Below, piece by piece: positions 15,123-27,483 of a stretch of 64,000 bases of DNA. The number at the start of each line of letters is the position of its first letter. Positions within the stretch are counted from its first letter, which is position 1. This stretch comes from the human T2T-CHM13v2.0 reference genome, Homo sapiens. The DNA lies in NCBI RefSeq assembly GCF_009914755.1, contig NC_060929.1; one strand, written 5' to 3'. Below the pieces are notes generated by a model. It was not told where the DNA came from. It did no database searches and saw only the letters and a list, made by a program, of their open reading frames with translations. The translations under genes were made by a program, and so were the position numbers.

Positions 15123-16189
15123 ACCTAGGACAATCCCTAGCAAATATAGAGACTCAATAAATTGTAATTTTACCCTTTTTCCATTGGTTGGTTGAAGTTC
15201 AGTCTTTCCTTTAGGCACTCTTTCAAGAAAGTTAGTTTAGGCATGGCCTTCTCTGGTAACCCTTCTACAGCCCTACCCCACTTCTGGAGTATAGCCAAGG
15301 CCTTGAGCCATGGTACAGGACAGAACATGTTGAAAGAGGTATCTTCATGGCCCCCACACCCTGATATGTATCATGTCCTGACTTGAATTGAATGTTGTGC
15401 ATGTTACAGGAATAGAATTTTCTCTTATCCAAGTGTAAATACAGGCATGCTATATAGATTGCAACGTATCCCAATTTAGCTTAGATTATTTCTCACTATG
15501 TATTGCAAGGTGAGTCCAGTCTATGCTTCTTCAAAAGCTTCTGAACACATTTGAAAATACGCTAAAAAAAAATCATTACAAATTGCAAATACCATATTTA
15601 GCAAGGGACCTTCTGAAATCTTAAACCAGGAATTTCTGAAATGACTCTGAGCCATTTGAACAAAAAAGTTCTCAAAGGAGCAATAAGATTTTTTTGGTGT
15701 GTTTATTTTGCTTTGTTTTTTAAGCAAAGTGAATTCACAGTTTCTTAGCAGTTTTGATTAGGGACACCCTGGTGTCTGGTAGAAGACTAAGACTGAGAAT
15801 AGACTGTGGTAGAATGTGCCAGGTGAGGACTTACTGATTGATTACCACACTCTAACTCCCACACACAGTGGAGAGAAAGATGAGGACTTCTGAGAGTTGC
15901 TAAAGGCAGTTATGTTTGCTTGATATTTTTTATTTTAAAAAATGTATTGAGGAGTCATTTTTCAGGATACTAAAAGGATTTCTTTGTTCAATATTTTAAC
16001 ATTTCCTTGTGTCTTAAAAAATACTGAAGAAATTATAAGAGCATTACCCAAAATTTTGTAAAGTTCTCCTTGATTCTCTCTGTCCCCTACTCCCTGCTTA
16101 TTTTAATGTTTCTTTTGCTTTCACACATTCCTCAGTTAGCATTCATTCCAACATGTTGTAATTCTGTATATACTTATCTGAATTCCAAG

Positions 16190-16276
16190 CTGACTGTGAG
16201 TGTCTTGAGACATAGACTTTATGCCAGCATAGTGCCTGGCACATAATAGACACTTAATAAAGGTTTATTGAATGAA
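16190..16276 (+). mobile_element. L2 3' terminus
   Basis: agcatagtgcctggcacataatagacacttaataaaggtttattgaatgaa. Confidence 0.7.
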
Positions 16277-18017
16277 AGCACCGCACAGTGAGCATATTCG
16301 TGCTTATAGCTTTTTCTGTCTTTTGGACTATGTCCTTAGGATAATTTCCCAGAATAGAGATTTCTATGCCAAAGTGACGTGAACATGTTTATGAATCTTA
16401 ATACATCATGCCAAGTAGCTTTTTGTCTACTTGAGGTGCCTTCCAAGTTTGTGACTCTCATATTGCATGGTACGTTATTGCTAGAATGTCAGTCTTGTGT
16501 TCCCTATTTTCTCTACCAAAAAAAAAAAATGACAGTAGGGTATGTTATTGCCAAATTCATGTTTGGAATGAACATTGCATATACTTTAGGACGAAGAGCT
16601 TCTAAAGAATAAAATTCCCTCATGTGGAACTTGGGAAACAAGGAGGCAGGCAGCAGGGGCAAGGTACTGGATAAAAGATACTTTTATAGGGGCAAAGAAC
16701 TTCTGGAGTTTCATTACTACTATGAACCTTTACTGAATTGTCATCAGTATTTCAAGGAAACAATTGAATATTTTTGTTTACTTTTCCCCTTTAACACATT
16801 TAATGTTCAAATACGAAACATTACTAAATGCAAATTGCTGTTAATGCACATTCCAAGGTCTGCTTTTAACAAAGTCTGAAACTGTTTGTGTAATGTATGA
16901 TGCATTTCCATCTTCAATTGATCTGATTTGTGTGTGTGAAATAAGATTGAGCCTCCATGCTGTGACCTTGAGCAACAGTAGCTTTTTTTTTTTTAAGTTT
17001 CATATTTCCCCTCTCACACACCTAGAATATGGCAGGCCCATAAATTACCAATGATAAATAGGCATATCTACCTTTTGGTGCAAGCATGTAATTGATGAAC
17101 ACATAGAATCACCCAAGTGATACTTTATAAGATGGCATGTGAAGTTTGTGGGGTCTAAGCTAAATAGAGCAAGAACAATGTTCTATTAGAAATATCCTGT
17201 GGAGACTGATGTAGAATCATCAATTCATTAGAATATGAATAGGAAGGTTCAGCAGATATTCTAAATAACTATGATTTATGATTAATCTAAGTTACATATT
17301 CCATTGTATATATGTTATTGTCCAGCTTAGCTTCAACCCACATTAAGCTATGACTTCAGTTTCTGGAGAGATAGTGAGATAAAGGAATGAGAAAAAACTT
17401 CTTACGTTGTAGGTCTAGCTTTCAGATAATATCCCTCATCTTTTCTAGCAATCTAGAGTCTGTGGGCCTTGACCTACTTGGACATTTTTAGGAGAATCTT
17501 TGAGAAGCCAATAATTACATGGTAGCACATGATCATACGTTGGTCATTCCAAGCCATACGTAGCTCTATGAACAATGATGTCAGTGTTTCCAGAGCCCAT
17601 TGCTTCAAGACCTTAAAGATACATCTAGGTGGCTCATGGAGAATCAAAGTGAGAAAGTCTTTCTGTGGACCCTGGGTCCTATTATTTAGACAGAGCCAAA
17701 TGAATCTTCATTATGTGGATCGGAGTGAACATGGTGGAGGACTAAGAACAGATCCTCCTAACCCAATGGCTGTAACTCTTTTGAGATGTGTATTTTTATT
17801 CTGAGTTATTTGCAAACTTATGGGTGGAGGGCAGGATGGTGGGGTAATTATGATGTGATATTTTGAGTGTTTGAAAGACTGGCAAATGTAGGATAAATAT
17901 ACCTCCTTAGCTTATTCATATTCAGTACTCAGGTTTTTTTTTAAATTTTGTCCAATTACTGCTCCATCTCTTCTTCATTCTGTTCATGTCTTTTATTATT
18001 TTTTAGGATAGAAAAAA

Positions 18018-18376
18018 ATGTTTAATTGTGTACACATACAATTTACCATCTTGGCCATTTTTAAGTGTACACTTTAGTAGTGTTAAGTACATTTACAGTG
18101 CTGTGCAGCCACAGAACTCCTTTCATCCTGCAAAACAAACTCTACTCATTAAAGAGCAACTCCCCATTCCCCCTCCCCCAACCCCTGGCCACCCCCATTC
18201 TAACTTTCTGTCTCTATGAATTTGACTACTCTAGGTACCTCATTTAAGTGGACTTATGTAGTAGTTGTCTTTTTGTGGCTTGCTTATTTCACTTAGCACA
18301 ATGTCCTCAAGGTTCATCCATGTTGTAGAATGTCTTGGAATTTTCTTCCTTGTTTCTGGCTGAACAGTATTCCATC
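18018..18376 (-). mobile_element. L1MB-type 3' UTR fragment
   Basis: aatttaccatcttggccattttaagtgtaca...ctttctgtctctatgaatttgactactctaggtacctcat...tttcacttagcacaatgtcctcaaggttcatccatgttgtag. Confidence 0.85.
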
Positions 18377-18417
18377 CACACACACGATGGAACACTGTTC
18401 AGCCTGAAACAAGGAAG

Positions 18418-18520
18418 ATATATATATATATCTATATATATATACACACACACACACACATACATATAGATAGCTATATATGTACACACACGATATATAT
18501 CTATATGTATACACATACAT
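18418..18520. repeat. Compound (TA)n/(CA)n microsatellite
   Basis: Seen directly in the sequence. Confidence 0.9.
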
Positions 18521-19027
18521 AATCGTGCAAGCATATATATGGAAGGTGCACTGTTGTGCTCAAAATGTGGGGTGTGTATATATAGATATATACATATCTA
18601 TATATACACATTCAAAAGACTTTCAAATCTATTTTCTAGAAAGGATTGCGTTATCTTCATCCTAAGTAATGTGTAAGTACTATTTGCAGTCATTGAGGAT
18701 AATCCTCTTTGGTGGTAAATAGGTGAACTGATTTTCTTTTTCTTAGATGTTTGAGTTTTAACACTTAATATCTAAACTTGCTTTTGAATACCTTGAATGA
18801 AGAAACTGATAGGTCCACACATACCGATGATGACAAAAGATTGTAAGAAGGAAAGGGATGATGCATGTGAGAACCCAGTGCCTCATTCAGTGCCTAGAAC
18901 ATGCTTCCATTTTATGTTCTTTCTTTTGGGGATCCCATGTTTTTTTTTTTTATTTTTAGCTAAGGTCATCTGGAATGAAACAGCGTAATGAGATGAGCCC
19001 TGAAGTATGACACCAGAGATCTTGTTT

Positions 19028-19093
19028 TATATAACTGTGTACCCCACGAATATGTACAATTATTATTTGTCCATTAAAAATAAGAATTTTAAA
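19028..19093 (+). mobile_element. 66-bp 5'-truncated L1MA-type 3' end with 13-bp TSD AGAGATCTTGTTT
   Basis: TSD at 19015-19027 and 19094-19106; insert tgtaccccacgaatatgtacaattattatttgtccattaaaaataa resembles the L1MA terminus. Confidence 0.75.
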
Positions 19094-19199
19094 AGAGATC
19101 TTGTTTCTGTTCACGTTTCTGCCACTAACTAGTTGTGTGACATTGACAAGACATTGTGGATTCTCTCTTGCTTACCTGTTTTGTTTTTTTATTTTTTAA

Positions 19200-19645
19200 T
19201 TAAAGATTCCATTGGCAGTGTAGTAAAGCCTATGGATGTAATTTCAGAATAACATTTTTAAATGCATAACATAAGATACGTAATATTATAAAGGAAACCA
19301 ATTATAATGAAAGAGTCATGAACACATTAAAATATTTGTGATATATGTGGTTCTTTATTAGCACATCAGATATCAAGATCTAGAGGCATGTCTAGTAACT
19401 ACCGTAACTTTGAAGTGATAATGAATACAAATAAGTTTTTAATATATCTGCAACAACTGTTAATGTGATATGGAAAATACATGGCTAATACTATGATGAT
19501 AGATGTATAAATGAAGGAAATGTTACATTTCAGTTTCTGGTTAGTGAAAATAATAATTTTTTTAAACAAGCCAAGTTAGTGGACCCAGTGAGTTCTATTC
19601 ATAGACATCTTGGAAGTCCACAGACTCCAGGTCAGAAGTTCTCTG
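19200..19645. mobile_element. hAT-Charlie non-autonomous DNA transposon (MER119-like)
   Basis: aaggaaaccaattata...caagatctag...tctagtaactaccgtaactttgaagtga...atatctgcaacaactg...tttcagtt...ggttagtgaaaata match the remembered consensus. Confidence 0.65.
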
Positions 19646-22007
19646 GTGTCTCCAGTGGCTTAAACACTAGTAGTGGAGTGAAAGGCTGACCCAGGTGGCC
19701 TCTGGAGTTTGTTATGAAACTTGATTATCAGGGGCCTGGCATAATTGAGGGGATGTTATACAAAAAAAGTAACCTTTGATTTACCTGGTCAGCACTCCAG
19801 TCAGAAAAGTGCTGGCTTTCATCAGTTATGTTTAGCTAGCATGTAGCTAGGAAAGCCCAGAGTATATTAAAACAAAGAAGAACTATAGGAAAGGAGTAGA
19901 GTAATTATCACCCACATCATGTGCCTCTGGAGGGCCCCAAGGCCCGGACATGTGGAAATGTGACTGTGTCCCCTGTACTTCGTGTAGTACTTTAAAGGAG
20001 TCTGTATCTGTCAGCATCTCACCATTCCTTTGTCATAACTGCATGCTTTTCCCTAATTAAATGTGGCCATGAATGTATAAAGATTGTGTACTGCACCTAC
20101 CTACTTGTCAGGCTTGAATTGGTGCTGCTCAGCTGGAAAGTAAAATCTTTGAAATACAAAAAAGCTAAAGAATAATATTGATAAAACACTTCTCATCTGT
20201 TAGTCTTAAAGCAGTTTTCTTTCCTAGAGTTTGTAAGTGTTTTAATGATCAAGGTCTAAATATACAATGAATAAGAGAAGTGGCGAGCAAAATTTATCCT
20301 AACCTTTTCAGAGGAGTGAAGACATTTCTTCTCATTACCTATATACCTACCACCTTCGATGCTACATTTTAGAGGGGAAAAAATATTTTAAGAGGCAAAG
20401 CCTCAAATGCTTTTACATGCCGTGCCACTTGCCTACCACAACAGCATCTCACAACAGTTTCTAATGGAGAGGAGCATTCTTTTTGGCTTTACAGCTGCTG
20501 CATAAATGCCCCTGTGTTAATTTGGGTACAGACTCACAGCCTGATAGACTGGGGAGTAGAGCAAAGTGCAGAGATTGATTTGTCTATCTGCTGGTGAAAT
20601 GTAATTCATGCAACCATCAGCAGAATGCTTTGTAAACATGGAATTATTTTCAGGTTATAAGATCCTCTACTAAATTAGATAGGAAGCTTGAAGCATAGAC
20701 TGTAAGTAATTTTTCCTCCTTTAGTTGTTGTTATGGATCAATACATTTTATTGACTCTTCTAGGGTTTGCATACAGTTTTCTATCATGGTCATTTATGCT
20801 AATCAGCATGAGACAGAATAATTGTAAATCATAGCCCCTTAGGCACACTTCTGGAATATTTGAGACCACAGAATTCTGTTCTAAAAAGATGGAAAAAACA
20901 ATTCATTTTTTAATGACTCATGGAGCCTGACACAGATGTGGAGGGCAAAGACTCCCTCCCTCCTTATCTTTGGGCCTCACCTTATATTAATATTTTAATT
21001 CTTAATGCAGATGAAAGAGAAGCTCTTTGAAAAGAAATCAGGTTTAAATTAGCCAGTTACCTTTATTTGTAAAAATCCAAATATATCATGTTAAATATGG
21101 AAGGTAGGATATAATATATCCTATTTTTAATGATTTTACATAAGATTATTATCTTCAAGAACACATGTTTATATAATTATTGTAAAATATCAGAGTTATT
21201 GCTACAAAATATGTAAGGATATTTATCTACATTTTTAATGATACAATTCAGAGAATTAGTGTAGAAGACAGCAGTTTTATACTTTAATGTTGTACTAAGA
21301 AAGGTGATTTGAGTGCTGTTTGTATTTATTGGCAGTACTGAATTCACTGAAATATATAATTATTACAAAAAGAAAATAAACTGTATCTGTCTTGACCAAG
21401 AGTTCATACAGATGTTTTTTATTCTCATCAGATTCCCAAGTATGCTGTGGAAGCAAAGTTGAATCTAGCCAAGTACCATATCTCTGTATGCACTCACAGA
21501 TGAACGTAAATACACGTTGTGCACATAAGGATCTGGAGGGCTAATGATACCTCCTGGTACAACTGCAAAAAGAAACATAGTTTAGTGATGGAGTCTTAGA
21601 CATGGTTCCTGAATGCACAGTTGATTCTAACCATAGAACTGCATCAAAGATGGCAGAGCTTCCTTCTAGTTTTCTTCTGATAATTCCAAATATAAACTTT
21701 ACCTGTCAGAGTAAAAAGTAGAAGCTGTGCATTTTATAAGAATAAGCCTTTTCACCATAAGGGTTTTCAGTCTAAAAACATGTTTGTGGATTGTTAATGA
21801 ATAGAGTTGGATGAAGAAGGAATTTTTTGACTTCTAGTCTGTATTAAGCAATTCAGATATGAAATATCCTTACTTCCTGGAAGCTACTCTTTAGGATAGG
21901 ATCTGTTGTTATAACCACCTCTAAGTTTAAGATATGCAGAGGAGATTTCACTTGGAGATGAAGCTTGGAATTTGGAGCTGAGTGTAGTTGACTCTCCATC
22001 CTCTGCA

Positions 22008-22970
22008 TTTATTTGTTCATTAATTCAGTAATATCAGTTGAGCACCTTCCATGTGTTAGGGATTGTGCTGGAGAGGCAGTGGTGAAGGAGACAGATGAGT
22101 CTCTACCTTCTTGAACGCTTGCAGCTTTATGGGAAATGCTGTGGAGTTGGGTGTAGAGACAGGAAAACACAAAGAAGTAACAGAATTTACAGTATCATGT
22201 GTGAGTATATGTCTGTCTTACTCCTTCTTAGCCATGCATGGTGGGGATTATAGTGAACTTTGAGGGCATCCAACAAAAGTTGTTGTGTTGAGGGCACACA
22301 ACAAAAAAGTGGGCTGTGAAAGAAGTAAACAACCTTGATGGGTGAGAGATCATTGAAATGTGGAAGACTGTAATCTAGGCAAAACAACAACAACAACAAT
22401 ACAAAACAAATAGCTATCGTACAGAGACTCGAGTGAGAGTTGAGGAGCAGTTCCATTAGAGTGGCAAACAGGAAATGTACTCTGAGGGTAGGAGGTGCCA
22501 CTGAAGGGTTTTGTACAGGACAATAAGATCACATTTGCCTGTAGGAAAGATTCCTAGCAATGAGGGATTGAACTGGAGTTGTGCAAAAAGGAGTCCAGGA
22601 TCTGAGTTAGAGCAAGCATCACGGGCTTCTGGGGCAGATGGTGATGATGCCACAAGCAGGCTGGTGACCGTGAGAATGAAGGGAGACGCTCAGGAAGTGG
22701 ATTCTGAAAGACTGGATGACTAACTGAGTGATTAGAGTGAAGAAGAACTAAAGTGGAGGTTGTGCTCATAGTTCTGCTTTAGCCTGTTAGACAATGGTAC
22801 CAATTACTGAAATTGGGAACACAGAAGCAAGACACGTTGGATGAAGATGATATCTTCAGTTTGGGATTCATTGGACTGGAGCTTCTATAGACACACCCAA
22901 GTGGAGATGCTGGATATGTGGATCTGGATGGAAGGCAAGAGAGTTCCAGATTGGGGATTAAGAGTCATCC
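22008..22970 (-). mobile_element. L2 LINE, long degenerate fragment
   Basis: ttgttcattaattcagtaatatcagttgagcaccttccatgtg at the 3' end; cacccaagtggagatgctggatatgtggatctgg further in. Confidence 0.65.
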
Positions 22971-22973
22971 ACC

Positions 22974-23272
22974 GCCGGGCATGGTGACTTATGCCTGTAA
23001 TCCCAGCACATTAGGAGGCCCAAGTGGGTGAATCGCTTAAGCCAAGGAGTTCAAGACCAGCCTGGGCAACATGGCAAAACCCCATCTCTACAAAAATAAA
23101 AGATAAATAAATTCGCTAGGCATGGTGTCATGTGCCTGTAGTGCCAGCTACCTGAGATGCTGAAGTGAGAAGATCACTTGAGCCTGGGAGGTTGAGACTA
23201 CAGGCAGCCATGATCACGTAACTACACCCAGCCTGGGCGACAGCACGAGACACTCTCTCAAAAAAAAAAAAA
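22974..23272 (+). mobile_element. AluJ-type element, full length
   Basis: gccgggcatggtg...tcacttgagcctgggagg...A tail; degenerate TSD aagagtcatccac / aaaagtcatatac. Confidence 0.93.
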
Positions 23273-26200
23273 GTCATATACATAAAGATTAATGAAGAGT
23301 GCCAAAGGTAATTAGTGTTGAATATTTATTTTCCAGCAGCTTCAAGTATTTATGGTCTGCTTAGACCCAGGTCAGAGTCTAAGGTTTCTGGCCCTCTGCA
23401 TTCCCAAGAGAAATGGAGGTGGGGATGGGGAGACAATTTGTACATGATTTTAAAAGTGTTTTCTAGGAAAGACAAGCCATAGAGCCATCCTTATACTTAT
23501 GTTTCCCATAGGCATATATGTTTTGTTTTACTTTGGAGTAATATTCGGGATGTAAACATCTTTGCTTGTAGGAGGATCAGATACCTACTGAAATGTCATC
23601 AAACTGCTAGCATGTTTCTTTTAGTTAAGTATATTGAGGGACCTTACCATTCTGTGTATTTCATCTCTAAGAAAAAGGAAATTAGGCTGGAGAGGTTTGA
23701 AAGAAATTGAGCAGGAAATTGGGGTTGCAAAATTCTATGGCAAGGTGATGGTGTGTTTTGATTGTTGGGTTTTGTTTGTTTATTTTTTGATAAGAACAAA
23801 AAGTGTTTGCTACTTAGAAAACCTTTATTGGCAGCATGATTTCTGTGTCCATGAAGAATGAAAGTGAGGTGGATGGAATAGTAGGAGTTTTAGAAGGAAA
23901 GTACATTTCCTCATGTGAAAAAGGTAGGAGAAAGGAAAATATAAATTCATTGCTGTTGACTTTATAATTTGATATTAACAACATTATTGAAATTGCTGTG
24001 GACTTGAAGTTTGTCCTGTTTACGAGTTTGCACAAAGTTAATCCTAATTATTCTGAAACTAAGACTTATATATTATTTTTATACATTTGAATTTCTCTAA
24101 ATTATATACTTAAATTTTGTTTAATGAAATTTTTTCAATTAAATAAAAATGTATGTTTAAGGTTGAAATTTACTAGTATTTCACATGATTCCTTGTTAAG
24201 TGTTATATATATTTAGGAGCATCTAGGAAATTGTAAAACCAAATTTCAAATTAAATGTGTATTTTTATTATCTAAATATTTTGTATACATATGGGTCATT
24301 CACATCCTTATAGGTTTTTATTTAACAAATCATTTCTCAGGGCAATACAACATAAAGGCTCTATAGTTAATTTAGTAATAGCATGGTGTGATACCTGTAT
24401 TCCGTATCTCTTTTGTTTTATAGTGTTACAAGCAATATTTGATGGTTTAGGGTTGTTTTCTTTTTAAACTTTGGCTTGAACCAGGTTAGCACTGAATGAG
24501 AGCTCTGAGATGACCATCTGATGTTTATTAGATAGCTGTGGTAAAATGACATAATCATCATTTTGGTTTTGAAGAGGTAACCATAGCACTGGTGGCAAAA
24601 ATAGATCATCTGAGTGACATTTTAACTCAGAAAATAAATACCTTTTCATTTCTGTACATCACCATTCCAGAGCAGGCCTGGGGCAAATTGGTCAGAGTCC
24701 TAAGGGGTGATATTTAAAATAAGATCTGTTTTGTATTAGTAATGAGGTTGTGGTTTTAAGCCCTTCCATTCTGTTGTGTAGTTTCAAGGGAGTTTAGTTT
24801 AAAACATTAAAACCATACAAACATTGTATATTTGGAACACCTAACCTCTTCTAAGTGTTCTGTACCTCAGCACTTTTTTTATCTTGGGTGTTTGTGTCAC
24901 TCTCTTACAACGTCTACTTTTATAAAGCCTTGGGTATCTCAAACGCTATGTTTTTATTTAGTATTTTAGTGCAATAGAACATTGTGCTAAAGAGGCCAAG
25001 GTCATGGGTGTTGATTCTATGCCAATTAACTGTTATGGTGAAATTTTTTTCCTGTAGCTTTGGCTGGTATTTCAGAAGTTGCTAGAATTTGACTACTTTT
25101 GTTTAAAGTGTGGATAATGCTGCCTAACTCATTAACTGTCCTGTAAAAAGTAAAATTGATGTCTATTGGGGATAACACTTCCACATAGGATATTTTTTTC
25201 CTATGTGAAAAAAGCATTTACTTTCATCTGTGGATGATCTCTGACTAGACTAAAATGTATGCGTTTATTAAATAGATTAATATCAGTTCCTGGTGGGTGG
25301 AGATTGTCAGTCTTTAAATTGCTACTCTTTGCTGCTTTCCTCTGCATAGATACAGAGAATCTGTCAGCTCCCTGGCTAGTCCAGCAGAAAGCCCTGGGCA
25401 TTTCCCAGAGTTGATGGCAGAGGAGGGTCGTCTCTTGTCGCCTTTTTAGCCTGATTTATTGCCCTTGAATTTTTTAATAAGGACATATTTTTAGTTCTGT
25501 CTAGGGACTGAGGGCTTGGATCATTCATGCAGTGAACTTTGAATAAGTTGGAAAGATTGGCTGGGCCCTGTTATCATAATGGATGGTGACTATTTGACAT
25601 TTACAGTGGTATGCTCCATTTGCACTAAAATAAATGAATTTGTATTTAGACATGATTTGCAAAATTTTTCCCTATCACACTTAAAGTAGAGGTTATTTGC
25701 ATTCAAAGTTAAACACTGAAAAACTGCTTACAGACTTAGTGAAGATTTGTAAAATACATGTTAATTGGCATAACACCATTAAACCTGATTGTGCTGATCT
25801 GTTAGCTGGAGAAAGAGCAGGAATCATCTTGTTCCCATATCCCTACAATCTAAATTGTTAGAGTTTCTAAAGATGGGGGACTTCTCTGAAGTGAATATTC
25901 CTGTCAGGCCTGTTGACCTTACTGCCTAGTGACCTATTCATAGGTCAGGATGGCAGTTCTCCCTGCTGGGTCAGTTTTTATTCCACCTTCTTTCGTGAGA
26001 GAACTAATTTGTACAGCTCTTACAGGTGGAGAACTAGATCACTGGTGTCCTTTACTGCCTCTGATATATGTGGAAATGAATCAGTGGAAAATTCAGTTAC
26101 TCATCGTGACCTACTTCTGTCACTTGCGTTGAAGGGGTGCTTATTTGTCAAAAGCAATCTGCCCCCCTTCCAAAAACTCTTGCTCCATGGCTGCTTTAAC

Positions 26201-26524
26201 TCATTTAATCTATAGATTCTTTCAGAATGTTTGCAGTTGCCTAAATCTTTCTGTGAATTATCCTGCTGTACCTGTAATCCATTTTAGATTAAGCCTCTGG
26301 AGGCCAATGAAAAAATCTGACTTTGTTACCTCTCAGCACAGCCTGACCCACAATCTCTGCTTTCTAATGAAGATTCCAGGATCTTTAGGAGAAACTGTAA
26401 AATGGAAACTTCCACTAATTTGAGAAGGGGGAGATTTAAGAAAGGTTGGGTTTTATTATGACTAAACTTCCCCACCCACGTTTTTTGCAAAATTTATCTT
26501 TTCTCATTTTTATTGGCTTATTCT

Positions 26525-26645
26525 TTCAAAATATTCATTTATTCAGCAAGGTTTAATTAAGCATGCCTCTGTGCCAGGTATTGCATTAGGGTCACAGAAA
26601 GAACAAGGTACATGCTTGTCTGCAGTGCCTAGTAGGAGAGCTATA
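26525..26645 (-). mobile_element. L2 3' end fragment
   Basis: attcatttattcagcaaggtttaattaagcatgcctctgtgccaggtattgcattagg. Confidence 0.65.
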
Positions 26646-27439
26646 AGGTATCATGTTAGAATAAATAAGACCGGTTTTAAACGCCATTTTTATTTTGGGG
26701 GAGGGCAGAATTATTTTACATCAAGAACAAAATAAGGGTTACTTCTTACCTGACTTGATGATTTTTCAGCAGCATAGTCTGGTCTGTCTGGATCAGTGGT
26801 TTACCTATTTCATATGGTCACATGTGTCAGTATGTACAATGATTATTTACCATTGACTTTTAGGTAAATGATGAGAGGATTATTGAGAACAACAGAATTC
26901 AAAACCCTTGAAAAAGAAAATGATGTGTATCTATATTTTAAGCAGAAATACACAAACACACTTATAGTAACTACAAATAACATCTAGTAGCTCAGACCTA
27001 TTGCCATTTATTTCATGTTCAATATTGTACAGACAACAAACTATGAAAAGTGATGTACCATATTTATATGTATACAGGTGAATTTCAATCCAACACTAAG
27101 ATAATTACTTTATGTTGTAGAATCATATATAAATACTTTTTGCCCTGTTCTAACCATGCTTACGAAGACTTTCAGATTAAGAATGAATGGTCATACTTAA
27201 AATAAATAGAAACTAGTATTTGATGAGGAGAATGGCATTCCTTTGGAAACCCATCTCATTCTTGGCAGTTAATTAGTTCTTACTGTGAACATCTAACCCT
27301 TAAAAAAAAAAAAGAAAGAAAAACACTCTTGCTGACTTGATAACACTTTTTAAAAAGTGGCAGCTATTAACATTAAAATAACAGTGAAATTTTTCTCTCA
27401 GCTGAGAGTTGTAAGGATTACTTTTTTGGGTTTTCATTT

Positions 27440-27442
<3 letters not shown>

Positions 27443-27482
<40 letters not shown>
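27443..27482. repeat. (TG)20 perfect microsatellite
   Basis: Seen directly in the sequence. Confidence 0.97.
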
Positions 27483-27483
<1 letters not shown>

